From Chthoniobacterales bacterium (GTDB taxonomy: Bacteria; Verrucomicrobiota; Verrucomicrobiia; Chthoniobacterales; UBA10450): a stretch of 52,328 bases of DNA. The translations under genes and the position numbers were made by a program. The stretch spans positions 1 to 52,328 of the forward strand of contig JBHENE010000091.1 in assembly GCA_046262215.1 (NCBI GenBank). Reading direction: 5' to 3'. The notes under the pieces were generated by a model. That model was not told the origin of the DNA. It ran no database searches and saw nothing but the letters and a program-made list of their open reading frames with translations. This document shows positions 24,379 through 34,564 of the stretch, piece by piece (positions within the stretch are counted from its first letter, which is position 1; each line of letters starts with the position of its first letter).

Positions 24379-25326
24379 ATGAATTCCTACACGCACGCTC
24401 TCACGCATGATCAGGCAACGCAGTTGCGCGCGTTACTCGATGAGCTCGGGTTCACTTTTGCGCCGCGGCCTTACACGCTCTTCTTTGCGCAGAAAGAGAA
24501 ACTGAGTGCGGCAGTCTACGAGAAGGGGCCGAAGTTATTGCTGCAAGGGAAGGGCATTGAGGAGTTCGTGCAATTTCAGCTGGAGCCTCGAATTCTCGGC
24601 GAGGCGAAGCTTGGCTACGAAGAAGTCCATTCGCCGGAGATGTTCGAGGCGCACTTCGGCGTCGACGAAAGCGGGAAGGGGGACTTCTTCGGGCCGTTAG
24701 TGATCGCGGGCGTCTACGTCGATCGCGGGATTGTGCGGCAGTTCATGGAGGGCGGCGTCCAAGACAGCAAGCGCATTGGGTCAGACGCGCGCATCTACGC
24801 GCTCACGGACTTGATTAGAAAAATGCATGGCGCACTGCACGAGGTGATCGTCATCGGCCCGGCCAAGTACAACGATCTCTATGAGAAGTTCGGCAATCTC
24901 AACAGCTTGCTCGGCTGGGGTCACGCAAAGGTCATCGAGAATCTGCTCGCAAGACGGCCGGATTGTCCGCGGGCGTTGTCGGATAAATTTGCCGACGCGC
25001 GGGTGATCGAACGGGCGCTCGGCGAAAAAGGCCGCGCCATCAAGATGGAGCAGCGGACAAAAGCGGAGTCGGATCTTGCCGTCGCCGCCGCGTCGATCAT
25101 CGCGCGGGAGGCGTTCATCAGCTGGCTCGATGCCAAGAGCAAAGCGTTGGGGATGAAGCTCGGTCGCGGTGTCTCGGCGAGTGTTAAGCAGACCGGTCGC
25201 GATTTGGTGGCGAAACACGGCCCCGAGATGCTGCGCCAAGTCGCAAAAGTGCATTTTCGGACAGCGCACGATGTCGCTCCGGAGCATTTTGCCGCGCCCG
25301 TTCCGCGGACTGCCTGGCGTCGGTAA
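24379..25326 (+). CDS. rnhC: ribonuclease HIII
   Basis: N-terminal TBP-like domain (KLSAAVYEKGPKLLLQGKG) and the catalytic FGVDESGKGDFFGPL motif. ATG 24379 avoids overlap with the divergent mutY. Confidence 0.88.
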   Translation: MNSYTHALTHDQATQLRALLDELGFTFAPRPYTLFFAQKEKLSAAVYEKGPKLLLQGKGIEEFVQFQLEPRILGEAKLGYEEVHSPEMFEAHFGVDESGKGDFFGPLVIAGVYVDRGIVRQFMEGGVQDSKRIGSDARIYALTDLIRKMHGALHEVIVIGPAKYNDLYEKFGNLNSLLGWGHAKVIENLLARRPDCPRALSDKFADARVIERALGEKGRAIKMEQRTKAESDLAVAAASIIAREAFISWLDAKSKALGMKLGRGVSASVKQTGRDLVAKHGPEMLRQVAKVHFRTAHDVAPEHFAAPVPRTAWRR

Positions 25327-25463
25327 GTTGCGTCGACGCCGCAGAAGCCATTGCTTCCGAGTGGGTTGCAGCGCTGCACTGGGGAGCAAGACTAGCTCTC
25401 CGCATTGTTCGCACCCGGACGGGCAAGCTTCTTGCTAACTACTTCTTACCTCTTCGCCAGACT

Positions 25464-26201
25464 GTGGAAACGCGCCTCCTGATTCTCAATGCCGACCCGG
25501 TCTTCCAAGACCGCACTATCGCGATGTTCGATGAGATGGAGAGCGTTGAGACACGCATCGTCCGGTCGATGTCTGACGCAGTCTGCGTGTTACTGGAAGA
25601 AAATTTTGACGGTTTCGTCGTAGAAGGCGAGCCCGAGATTGCCCTCGATCAGGCAACGAACGCGCGGCAGCATTTTCCATCGCTCCAAATCGTCTGCCTG
25701 ACGCCTGCGGGTAGCGATGACGATGTTGCGCGGAAAGCGGAGCGCCAAAAAATCCGCTACATCGGTGGCAACACCAGCGACTCCAAGTTACGCCGCGAAC
25801 TGCTTGAGTTCGTCCGGTTGCTCGACAGCGGCTCGGGCCCGGCATCTGAAGGAGTCGATCCGTGCCATTCCTTGATCGGGAACTTGAATCAGTTTTCAGC
25901 GGCGGAGATCCTGCAAATGAGCTGCCTGAGCCAGCGGAGCGGGCGTTTCACCTTCAAATCGCGCCGTGGTAATAGCGAGATTTACCTGCATCACGGCACA
26001 GTCCGGCACGCCGTTTTCAATCAACTCGAAGGCGAACCCGCCGTAGCTGAGATCTTTCGTTGGCGGCAGGGGAGGTTTTACTTCGAAGAAGGAATCATCA
26101 GCCACGTGCGAACCGTTGATCGGCCATGGGCACACCTGTTGATCGACAACCTGCAGAAGCTCGACGAGACGCTCGAACTTTCTGTGAACAGCCAGCCATG
26201 A
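25464..26201 (+). CDS. degenerate receiver-like domain + DUF4388 domain protein
   Basis: GTG start. The N-terminal CheY-like fold has Glu where the phospho-Asp is expected (FDGFVVEGE). The C-terminus GNLNQFSAAEILQMSCLSQRSGRFTF...GEPAVAEIFRWRQGRFYFE matches the DUF4388 pattern. Confidence 0.75.
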   Translation: METRLLILNADPVFQDRTIAMFDEMESVETRIVRSMSDAVCVLLEENFDGFVVEGEPEIALDQATNARQHFPSLQIVCLTPAGSDDDVARKAERQKIRYIGGNTSDSKLRRELLEFVRLLDSGSGPASEGVDPCHSLIGNLNQFSAAEILQMSCLSQRSGRFTFKSRRGNSEIYLHHGTVRHAVFNQLEGEPAVAEIFRWRQGRFYFEEGIISHVRTVDRPWAHLLIDNLQKLDETLELSVNSQP

Positions 26202-26632
26202 GGGACAGAAATCTTGAAACGCAACTTCGTTTGCTGACGCTCCAGCTCGATAGCTGGAAGAAGCTGCACGATCTGGTCACTTACGGGCTGGATAAGGCGC
26301 AGCCGATTATCTCGGCGGAACAGGAGCGGCAATTTACTGAAGTGCGCGCGAACCTGCTCCAGGAGACGGAGCATTCATTCCGTGAGCTCGGGATCCTCGG
26401 CGAATTGTCCGGGCGCGCGATGAACGTGCTGCAACGCGGTGTCTCAATGCGCGGCGTGCGCGAACTTTCGAACGACGATGCGCGACGGCTGGAAGCGGAC
26501 TGGAACGGCGTTTTCACGAAACTCGGAGTACTCCAGGGACAGCTTAAATCCCGACGCAAGACGCTCGCGGGACAGACCGTATTCTCGCACTTCATTAACC
26601 GCCTTTTCCGCGGACAGACCGCCGCTTACTAG
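26198..26632 (+). CDS. hypothetical helical protein (144 aa), translationally coupled to the DUF4388 gene
   Basis: ATG 26198 overlaps the upstream TGA (ATGA). Composition is coiled-coil-like. No known motif. Confidence 0.6.
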   Translation: MRDRNLETQLRLLTLQLDSWKKLHDLVTYGLDKAQPIISAEQERQFTEVRANLLQETEHSFRELGILGELSGRAMNVLQRGVSMRGVRELSNDDARRLEADWNGVFTKLGVLQGQLKSRRKTLAGQTVFSHFINRLFRGQTAAY

Positions 26633-26748
26633 TTCGTTGGCTGCGAGTTAGCAGCGCGGTCTTGGTGGCGAAGGGCGCGATCTTTTTTTGCAAAAACCTG
26701 CGATTCTTCCACTTAAACACGCGGTGACAGGCGATGTAGCTATTGGAT

Positions 26749-27084
26749 ATGGCTAAGCTCACCAAGCGAGACATTGTGGTCGCCATCAGCAACCAAACGG
26801 GGCTGGTGCAACACGAGGTGTTTGAGGTCGTGCAGCGCACGCTTGACCACATCACGGATAGCCTCGCCAAGAACGTGGCCGTTGAGCTGCGGAATTTCGG
26901 GGTGTTTCAGCCGCGGCTGACCAAACCGCGCGTCGGTCGCAACCCGAACGAGCCGGGTAGTAGCTTCGTCATTCCACCGCGCGCGACCGTGAAATTCAAA
27001 GCCGGCAAGATCATGCGTCAGCGGGTCGAGCAGCTTTCGCGAGAGCTAAAGGACGCTTCCGAGAAGCAAAGTCTCGCTTCGTAG
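26749..27084 (+). CDS. HU/IHF family DNA-binding protein (IHF-like)
   Basis: LTKRDIVVAIS...VELRNFGVFQPRLTKPRVGRNPNEPGSSFVIPPRATVKFKAGK is the classic HU/IHF beta-arm. There is a short acidic/basic C-terminal extension. Confidence 0.88.
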   Translation: MAKLTKRDIVVAISNQTGLVQHEVFEVVQRTLDHITDSLAKNVAVELRNFGVFQPRLTKPRVGRNPNEPGSSFVIPPRATVKFKAGKIMRQRVEQLSRELKDASEKQSLAS

Positions 27085-27108
27085 CGCACTCGCTGCCGCC
27101 ACCGCTCT

Positions 27109-29652
27109 TTAGTGAGTGGCGCCGTTTGTCGGCGCTAGCTCGAGTAAATTCTGGATCGCCTGCTCCAAGCGCTCGAAATTAATCGGCTTGGTCAGGTGTT
27201 CCGAAAAACCGGCAGCATGCGCGCGTGCGATGTCGTTCTCCATCCCGAAGCCGCTGAGGGCGATGCCACGGAGCCCTTTACTTGCATGTAGTTCCTGCAT
27301 CAGCTCAAAGCCGGAGCGGTCCGGCAATCCGATGTCGCTAATAAGCAGATCGAAGTCCGCGGCCCTCGCGCGTTCCACCGCTTCGTCAGCAGAGTTCGCC
27401 ACCGTCACGGAGTAACCGCGGCGTTCCAGAATCATCTTCATTCCCATGCAGGTGTCCTGATGATCGTCGACCACGAGAAGACGCGCGTGTTGCCGCGGAC
27501 CAGCTGCTTTGGCGGGGACTGTATCGCTCGGGCTAAGCCCTCGCGTCATATCTTTCAGGGCAGGCTCAGGGGTCGTCTGCAGCGTGACGGTAAACGTCGC
27601 GCCGCGATCTTTGCCTTCGCTGAACACCTCGATCGTCCCTTCGTGCGCCGTCACCATCGCACGCGAGATCGCGAGGCCGAGACCCAGTCCGCCGAAGCGG
27701 CGCGTGATTGAGCTCTGCCCTTGCTCGAAGGCGTTGAAAATTTTGTCGATCTTGTCCGGCTCGATCCCGATGCCCGTGTCGCTGGTGCGGATCTCGATCG
27801 TCTCAGGCCCGGAGTTGAATGTCTCGATCACGATGCGACCGCGCGCCGGCGTGAATTTGACGCTGTTTTTCATCAGGTTCCAAAACACCTGCTGGAGACG
27901 GGCCGGATCGCCATTCACATAATGGTGCTCCCCGCGCAGCCGGAACTCGACGCCGAGATTGTTCGCCAGAATGTCCCCGCGGCAGATCTCGTAGGCGCGC
28001 TGCAGGATTTCGTGAACGCTGACTGGCTCCAACGTGAGCTGCAGCTTCCCTTTCGCAATGCGAGTGATGTCGAGCAGGTCGTCGATCAGCCGCGCCTCCA
28101 GCTCGACGTTGCGCCGAATCACTTCGAGAGCACGCCGGACCTCCGGGGAATCAGGCGCGCTTGCCTCCAGCTCACCGACCATCGCGATGACGGGCGAGAG
28201 CGGGTTGCGAAGTTCGTGCGAGAGAAGTGCAAGGAACTGATCCTTTGCCGCATTCGCACCGATCAGTTCCTGCCGCAGCGTGACGTCCCGCGTTTTGTCT
28301 TCGACGAGATAGAGCACGCCCTGGATGCGCTGCTCGGACCCTTGTAAGCGCAACAGGTTCACGTTCACAAAGTGGGTCAGACCTGCTGCGTCAGTGAATG
28401 GTTGCTCAACCAATTGAAAGGGGGCGCCGAATTCCAAGACTCGTTCAACCGCATCCGCGGGCGCGATCTTCACGTCGTCATAGGCCGCTTCATAGATATC
28501 GCGCGTTACGGACAAGCCGCCGAACAGCCGCGCCATCCGCGCGAAGGCATCGTTGGCTTGCAGGAAATTCCGCGAACTCGGATCAACCAGCGCGATACCG
28601 CTCGGCATGTTCGCGAGGATTTTCTCGTTGAAGATCACTTCGCGCTCGATTCGGCGCGCTGCCTCCGCCTGGCGCCGGGTGAATTTCCCCGCGAGCCAAG
28701 CGCCGACCGCCGTCAACAGAATCAGCCAGAGCGCCGGAAAAGTGATCTTGCTGAGCAGGTCCTTGACCGGTTTATAGGCCGCGGCTTTCGGTTGCTCGAC
28801 CACTGCGATCCAGCCGGTGACATCGACCGGGCAGAATGAGTAAAGATTCCCGAATTGGTCGAGGTGCCCCTCCTTCTGCTGATGGATCTGGTCCATCAGT
28901 TTGCGGCCATCTGGTGAAAGGGGCGCGCTATTCGCCTGAAAATTCTGGGCAAACAGCGGCGTGCCGTTCTGATCGATGACCTGGCAAATGGACTGGTCGG
29001 CGAACTCGATCGACGATAGCCGACGTCCCATCCGCTCGACCAACACCGAGACGCCGAGGTATCCGACGACGGAACCATCCGCCGCACGCACTGCGCCGAC
29101 GATGTCAGCCGCCATTCGGTTGTCGGAGAGCCGCGGGTGGACAGGCGAAACATAGGCACCCGGTGTGGCCGTCGCCCGTTCTCGCCAGATGTCGGAGTTG
29201 AACGCCGCGGTCTGCTCCGGCGGGATTGGCGGAATCGATGCGACGATTTGGCCGTCGCGTCCGGCGATGAACATGCCGTCGATCCGGGGGTGCGAGTAGA
29301 ACGTTTGGCTTAGCCAACGCTGAGCCGCACCTTCAGCGTCCGGGCCAGTCAGCATTTTCGCGATCTCAGGCTGCGTCTGGTAGTACTCGATGATGCCGCC
29401 AGTCCGGCTGAAATCATCGCCAACGAGATGCGCCATCAGCTGCACGAAGGTCTGGCGATCGCGCAGGATTTTCGTCTCCAGCGTGTTGGTAAGGATCGTG
29501 TATGAGACGACCAGCATCAGCACCGACGGAACCCAGCCGGCGAGCAGGATCGCGATGACGATATTGAAACGCTCGAAGCCTTCGGCGGGGTCGCGCCGCT
29601 GGAAAAGCGTGCCGAGACGCCGTTTAGGTCCGATGGAATTCAGCACCGCCAT
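27109..29652 (-). CDS. hybrid sensor histidine kinase/response regulator (Cache-like periplasmic domain, PAS, HisKA, HATPase, REC)
   Basis: Two TM segments flank an extracytoplasmic domain of about 250 aa. H-box SHELRNPL, N/G boxes (NLMKNSVKFT, DTGIGI, GGLGLGLAI), and C-terminal receiver LLVVDD...LLISDIGLPD...KP. Confidence 0.9.
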   Translation of the reverse strand: MAVLNSIGPKRRLGTLFQRRDPAEGFERFNIVIAILLAGWVPSVLMLVVSYTILTNTLETKILRDRQTFVQLMAHLVGDDFSRTGGIIEYYQTQPEIAKMLTGPDAEGAAQRWLSQTFYSHPRIDGMFIAGRDGQIVASIPPIPPEQTAAFNSDIWRERATATPGAYVSPVHPRLSDNRMAADIVGAVRAADGSVVGYLGVSVLVERMGRRLSSIEFADQSICQVIDQNGTPLFAQNFQANSAPLSPDGRKLMDQIHQQKEGHLDQFGNLYSFCPVDVTGWIAVVEQPKAAAYKPVKDLLSKITFPALWLILLTAVGAWLAGKFTRRQAEAARRIEREVIFNEKILANMPSGIALVDPSSRNFLQANDAFARMARLFGGLSVTRDIYEAAYDDVKIAPADAVERVLEFGAPFQLVEQPFTDAAGLTHFVNVNLLRLQGSEQRIQGVLYLVEDKTRDVTLRQELIGANAAKDQFLALLSHELRNPLSPVIAMVGELEASAPDSPEVRRALEVIRRNVELEARLIDDLLDITRIAKGKLQLTLEPVSVHEILQRAYEICRGDILANNLGVEFRLRGEHHYVNGDPARLQQVFWNLMKNSVKFTPARGRIVIETFNSGPETIEIRTSDTGIGIEPDKIDKIFNAFEQGQSSITRRFGGLGLGLAISRAMVTAHEGTIEVFSEGKDRGATFTVTLQTTPEPALKDMTRGLSPSDTVPAKAAGPRQHARLLVVDDHQDTCMGMKMILERRGYSVTVANSADEAVERARAADFDLLISDIGLPDRSGFELMQELHASKGLRGIALSGFGMENDIARAHAAGFSEHLTKPINFERLEQAIQNLLELAPTNGATH

Positions 29653-29728
29653 CCTGTGGTGAAACTCGACCGTTCCCACCGTGGCGGCAAGGTGGAATGG
29701 GCGTTGCGCACGCCTCCCGCGGATGAAC

Positions 29729-31345
29729 TCACGCGACAGGGTCGCGGCGCGGCCGTTGATGCTCGACGTCCGTCGTGAACAACACCGCGATCGAGAATGT
29801 CACGATCGTGCCGAAGCAGATCCACCACGGGAATTCCATCTTCGGCAGCCACCACGGAATGACATACGCGACGGTGCCGAAAAGGCCGGCGACGTTATTG
29901 AGTAGATTGCTGAGAATCGCCACTGCAAGGAACCCGATGATCATCGCGAGGAGATTCCCGCGATTGGTGCCTTTTCGCCGGGTGAACATCCCGCAAAGGA
30001 AGACGCCGAGCAGCGGGCCATAAGTGTAGCCGAAGATCCCGAGGACGATCGGGATGATGCGCACCGTCGGATGAATGACGACGATGTAGGAAGTGAGCGA
30101 AGCGACCACGATCATCAGCAGCGAAAACACGACGGTCGCCATCCGCACGGCGCGGAGGCTTTGCTCCTGCGTTGCGCTGCGGTTCACGTAGGTCTGATAC
30201 CAATCACGGGTGAAGCTGGTCGCGAGCGCGTTGAGCGCGGTGCTGAGCGACCCCATCGCAGTGGCGAAGATGCCGGCAATGAGGAGACCGCGGAGGCCGA
30301 CCGGCATCTGATAGAGAATGAAATGACAGAAGATCTCGTTCGGAGATTTCGGGAGCGTCGGATCCGGGTGCGCTTGGTAATATGTCCAGAGCAACAGACC
30401 GATGCTGAGGAAGGTCAGCACGATCGGGATATCCGCCAAACCAGAGAGCATGAGCGATCGGCGGCTGCGGCGGATATCGGGCGCAGTTAACATCCGCTGC
30501 ACCATGTCCTGGTCGGTGCCGTGCGTCGCCATCGTCACGAACGTCGCGCCGATCATGCCAGCGAAAATCGTATATTCGATCTCGAACATTCCCTTCCATC
30601 GCTCCCATCCGCTTTTTGCAGGGTCGAGCCCGGTGTCGATGAAGTCGTGCAAGCCAAAGCCGCCATGGCGTTGCACGATTTCAGACCAGCCGCCGGGGAT
30701 CGCAGAGTAAAGCAGCCCGAGCGCGAGCAGCGCGCTGCCCATCATAATTGAAGCCTGAATGAAGTCCGTCCAGACGACCGCTTTGATGCCGCCAAAAGTG
30801 GTGTAGACGGCCGTCAGGACGACGATTACAAAACAGGCACCGATGTAGATCCAAAGCGTCTGCGTCTGGTTCGGCCGCGCGCCGGTTATCATCTCGTAGG
30901 CAAGCGCGAGCGCGATCGCCGCGACGTAGAGGCGAGCCCCGGATGCGAGCACGCGTGTGACGAGGAAGATCGCGGACGCGGCGTTCTTCGTCGCCACGCC
31001 GAAGCGGACGGTCAGGTACTCGTAGATCGAGTAGACGTTGTAGTCGTAGTACGGCTTGATGAAGATGTAGCTGACGAGAATGCGCGCGATGATCGTGCCG
31101 ATCGCGAGCTGCAGATACGTGAAGTTCCGGAGCGCGAAACCCTCGCCCGGCGTGCCGAAAAATGTCGCTGCGCTTGTCTCCGCGGCGATGATTGATGCGA
31201 GCACCGCCCACCAGGGAATGCGCCGCCCACCGAGTGCGAAGCCTTCGAGGCTCTCTTCCTTCCGGCCCATGCGCAGACCGATCGTGATGATCACGATGAA
31301 GTAGAGCAGGAGGACGCAGATATCGATGGCGAGGCGCGAATCCAT
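29729..31345 (-). CDS. sodium:solute symporter (SSF) family transporter
   Basis: About 13 hydrophobic helices and the N-terminal GFALGGRRIPWWAVLASIIAAETSAATF typical of SSF. ATG 31345 was chosen; the ORF track start is 43 codons further upstream. Confidence 0.88.
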   Translation of the reverse strand: MDSRLAIDICVLLLYFIVIITIGLRMGRKEESLEGFALGGRRIPWWAVLASIIAAETSAATFFGTPGEGFALRNFTYLQLAIGTIIARILVSYIFIKPYYDYNVYSIYEYLTVRFGVATKNAASAIFLVTRVLASGARLYVAAIALALAYEMITGARPNQTQTLWIYIGACFVIVVLTAVYTTFGGIKAVVWTDFIQASIMMGSALLALGLLYSAIPGGWSEIVQRHGGFGLHDFIDTGLDPAKSGWERWKGMFEIEYTIFAGMIGATFVTMATHGTDQDMVQRMLTAPDIRRSRRSLMLSGLADIPIVLTFLSIGLLLWTYYQAHPDPTLPKSPNEIFCHFILYQMPVGLRGLLIAGIFATAMGSLSTALNALATSFTRDWYQTYVNRSATQEQSLRAVRMATVVFSLLMIVVASLTSYIVVIHPTVRIIPIVLGIFGYTYGPLLGVFLCGMFTRRKGTNRGNLLAMIIGFLAVAILSNLLNNVAGLFGTVAYVIPWWLPKMEFPWWICFGTIVTFSIAVLFTTDVEHQRPRRDPVA

Positions 31346-31425
31346 GGCGACGCATTTAGCCACGAAATCGCGCGGATGAACACGGATTTCCGATCCGCGA
31401 AATCCGACCGATAATCTCCAACAAA

Positions 31426-32340
31426 ATGAAGCTGAGCACGATCGCAGCGCCCGACTTCGATCTCGCGACGACACTCGATTCCGGCCAGGTATTTCAGTGG
31501 GAGCCGCACCATGCCGGCTACATCGGCGCGATTGGCAGCCGACCGGTCTATGCTGAACAACGCGGCGAATCGCTCTTCGTCACACCGGGAACAGGCGAGA
31601 TCGTGACGAGATACTTCGCTCTCGATCACCCGCTCGCCGACATCTGCGCCGCTTTTCCTGATGACGCGGTGATGTGTGCCGCGCGCGATTTTTGCCGCGG
31701 GTTGCGCATCATTTGTCAGCCGGAATGGGAGTGTCTGGCGTCGTTCATCACGTCATCGATGAAACAGGTCGCGCACATTCGACAGATGTCGCGCGCGCTG
31801 CGGCAACGCTTCGGCGAAGCGCATCAACTCGACGGCGTGACGCTCTATTCCTACCCATCAGCGACGCGCCTTGCGCAGACGACCGAACAGGAACTCCGCG
31901 CCTGCGGGCTCGGTTACCGCGCGAAGAATCTCCTCGCGACTGCGCGTCGCGTCGCGAGCGGCGAGGCTGACCTCAACGCTTGGCGAACCTTAACCGACAC
32001 AGAGTTGCACGACCACCTCCGCCAGCTTCCCGGCGTCGGCGCGAAGGTGGCGAATTGTGTTATGTTGTTCGCATACGAACGGCTCCGCGCGTTTCCGATC
32101 GATGTGTGGATTGAGCGCGTGCTGAAGCAAAGATATTTTCCGCGCGCGCGGAAGCTTACGGCGGAACGGCTGCGCCTGTTTTGCGACAGCTACTTCGGCG
32201 AGCACGGCGGGTACGCGCAGCAGTATCTGTTTCATCACGCGCGCAAGACAACACCGCGCGCGCGCGCGAGATCTGCGCCGAGTCGGCGGCCGAAGTTGTC
32301 ACGCCGCGAGCGGCAGGGTACCGTTTCGCGCGGGAAGTGA
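31426..32340 (+). CDS. ogg: 8-oxoguanine DNA glycosylase/AP lyase (Ogg, HhH-GPD)
   Basis: LDSGQVFQW N-terminus, HhH-GPD LPGVGAKVANCVMLF and FPIDVWI. There is a basic Arg/Lys-rich C-terminal tail of about 35 aa. Confidence 0.85.
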   Translation: MKLSTIAAPDFDLATTLDSGQVFQWEPHHAGYIGAIGSRPVYAEQRGESLFVTPGTGEIVTRYFALDHPLADICAAFPDDAVMCAARDFCRGLRIICQPEWECLASFITSSMKQVAHIRQMSRALRQRFGEAHQLDGVTLYSYPSATRLAQTTEQELRACGLGYRAKNLLATARRVASGEADLNAWRTLTDTELHDHLRQLPGVGAKVANCVMLFAYERLRAFPIDVWIERVLKQRYFPRARKLTAERLRLFCDSYFGEHGGYAQQYLFHHARKTTPRARARSAPSRRPKLSRRERQGTVSRGK

Positions 32341-32355
32341 ACGGCGCGCGCACGA

Positions 32356-33405
32356 ATGGAACCGAACCGATCACGCAAGAAGCTCTGGTGGGCGATCCTC
32401 GCGTCGCTGTTCGTTCATCTGCTCGTCGCGTTCTCCCTGGTCGCGTTTAATAATGCCGTCGCGCCACCTCTCACGCCGGATGACGACAAGCCGGTCGAGT
32501 TGACTATGATGGATACGTCCGTGCCGTCCACTCCGACGCCACCGCCGAAGCCGCGATATCTCGAGACTGACAGCTCCAAGGAAAGCGCTGAACAGCCAAA
32601 GGAGAAAACCTTCGAGTCGAATGCGAACTCGATCGCTGCTGCAACAGCTCCGGCGACGGGCGATGCACCGTTGCCGAGCCAGCAGGGCAGAGACCTTCCT
32701 TTCCTCAACATGGAAAACCAGCAGGCGTCACTCGCGAGCGAAGGGGCGCCGCCGCAGCCGAACGTGCCGCCGCCTGTTCCCACGCCTGCGCCGTCCGCCA
32801 CACCAGCTCCGACGCGAACGCCAACCGCGACTCCGCGTCCGTCTGCAAGCGCGACATCAACGCCGCTACCCGAGCCGAGCTCCACACAGCAGCAGCTCGC
32901 GATGTTGGCCGCCACACCGCCTCCGCCATTGCGCGATCCGCAGGAGGCAGAGGCTACCCCCGCGCCTGAAGTCGCGGTGACGCCGCCGCCGGTTGTGCCA
33001 CGTCCTTTGCCGCAGCGACCCGCGACCGTTTACCAGCCGCAGAAAGAAGAGACGAAAATCACCGGCAGCATCAGCAATCGCGGACCAAGTGCCGTCAACG
33101 CCGTCGCGACGCCGCTTGGCCGTTACCGCAAGCAGATCTCCGACGCGATCGGCGCACGCTGGTATTATTATGTGAACGCGAAAAGCGATCTCGCGAGCCT
33201 CGGCACCGCGCGCATCGCCGCTGAAGTCGACGCGAAAGGTCATTTGCAAAATCTGCGCGTCGCCGGCAACACCGCGAACGAGGCGTTCGCAAACATCTGC
33301 TTGCAATCATTTCAGGAAGCGCAGATTCCTCCCATCCCGCCGGACCTGATTCCCACCCTGCCGGGTGGCCGCATGCCAGTGGAAATCTCCTTCACCTATT
33401 ATTGA
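32356..33405 (+). CDS. TonB-like energy transducer (N-terminal anchor, Pro-rich spacer, TonB-C-like domain)
   Basis: One TM (LWWAILASLFVHLLVAFSLVAF), a long P/T/A-rich linker, and a C-terminal domain. exbB and exbD lie directly downstream. Confidence 0.75.
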   Translation: MEPNRSRKKLWWAILASLFVHLLVAFSLVAFNNAVAPPLTPDDDKPVELTMMDTSVPSTPTPPPKPRYLETDSSKESAEQPKEKTFESNANSIAAATAPATGDAPLPSQQGRDLPFLNMENQQASLASEGAPPQPNVPPPVPTPAPSATPAPTRTPTATPRPSASATSTPLPEPSSTQQQLAMLAATPPPPLRDPQEAEATPAPEVAVTPPPVVPRPLPQRPATVYQPQKEETKITGSISNRGPSAVNAVATPLGRYRKQISDAIGARWYYYVNAKSDLASLGTARIAAEVDAKGHLQNLRVAGNTANEAFANICLQSFQEAQIPPIPPDLIPTLPGGRMPVEISFTYY

Positions 33406-33411
33406 ATCCGG

Positions 33412-34134
33412 ATGATTGCTGATCTGATGCTGGCGCAACTTCCGGAAGCGGCGCAGACCGTTCTCACGTTCTTCACGAGCGGCGGCATCTTCATGTGGCC
33501 GCTCCTCGCATGCTCGATGGTTGCTGTGACGACGATCATTCTTCGCGGCCTCGCGCTGCGCCGAAAGAATGTGTTGCCGCTAGTGGTCGAGAGCGAAATC
33601 GAGCGCCTGGTGCCGGGCGGAAGCGCGGAGCGGCTCGCGCGCATCGTGCAGCAGGATGAGTCCGCGCTTGCTCGGATTGTGCGCACCGCGTTGCAGAATC
33701 TGCTCGCGCCGCGCAACGAAACGATCGACGTGATCGAAACCAAAGCGCGTCACGAACTCGTCGTCCTTGAGCGCGGTCTCATCGTCCTCGAGATCATCAC
33801 GGGAATTGCGCCGCTGCTTGGCTTGATCGGAGCGGTCTCCGGATTAGTGCATGTCTTTTCGGCGCTCGGTCTGAGCTCTGGCGCGTCGAACACGCAGCAG
33901 ATCGCGCGCGGCATCGCCGAGGCGCTCAACGCTACGGTGTTCGGACTTTCGATCGCGGTGCCGACACTGATCGCGTTCAGTTATTTCTCGAAAAAAGTCG
34001 AAGTGTTTTCGGTCGAGATGGAAACGCTCGTCGTGGAGCTGATCGGTAAATGCTATTTCGGTCGCGTCAGAAGCGAGGATGCCGCGCCTGCGATACACCG
34101 GCCCGTGACTCCGGCGCGGCCGCCGCTCGTGTGA
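33412..34134 (+). CDS. exbB: MotA/TolQ/ExbB proton-channel protein
   Basis: Three TM helices and the motif GIAPLLGLIGAVSGL...IAEALNATVFGLSIAVP. Confidence 0.88.
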   Translation: MIADLMLAQLPEAAQTVLTFFTSGGIFMWPLLACSMVAVTTIILRGLALRRKNVLPLVVESEIERLVPGGSAERLARIVQQDESALARIVRTALQNLLAPRNETIDVIETKARHELVVLERGLIVLEIITGIAPLLGLIGAVSGLVHVFSALGLSSGASNTQQIARGIAEALNATVFGLSIAVPTLIAFSYFSKKVEVFSVEMETLVVELIGKCYFGRVRSEDAAPAIHRPVTPARPPLV

Positions 34135-34156
34135 GGCAGCGGGTGGTTCTTCTCCC

Positions 34157-34564
34157 ATGAAGATCGCAGTCCGGAAGCGGCGCGCGCCGTCGATCATCAT
34201 CGTCTCGCTCGTCGATATCCTCACGATCCTGCTGATCTTCTTCGTCGTCTCGACGACATTCAAAAAAGATCAGCCCGAGGTGCAGATTAATCTGCCGGAA
34301 TCAAAAACAGCGACGAATGCGCCTGCGGAGACAGAGCACGCAGTCCTCAGTGTAAGCGCGGAAGATAATGTGCTCCTTGATGGGCGTTCGGTTGCGATGG
34401 AGGACCTTCAAAAAGCCGTCACTGATCTCCCCGCGACGCGAAAGAATGGACTCGCACTGCAGGCGGATAAGAAGGCGTCATTCGGCACGATCATCAAAGT
34501 GATGGACGCGTTGAAGCTTGCCGGCGTGAAGAACTTACCGGTGTTTACCCACGGCGAGAAATGA
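34157..34564 (+). CDS. exbD: ExbD/TolR biopolymer transport protein
   Basis: SLVDILTILLIFFVV TM helix and a periplasmic domain (QADKKASFGTIIKVMDALKLAGV). Confidence 0.88.
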   Translation: MKIAVRKRRAPSIIIVSLVDILTILLIFFVVSTTFKKDQPEVQINLPESKTATNAPAETEHAVLSVSAEDNVLLDGRSVAMEDLQKAVTDLPATRKNGLALQADKKASFGTIIKVMDALKLAGVKNLPVFTHGEK

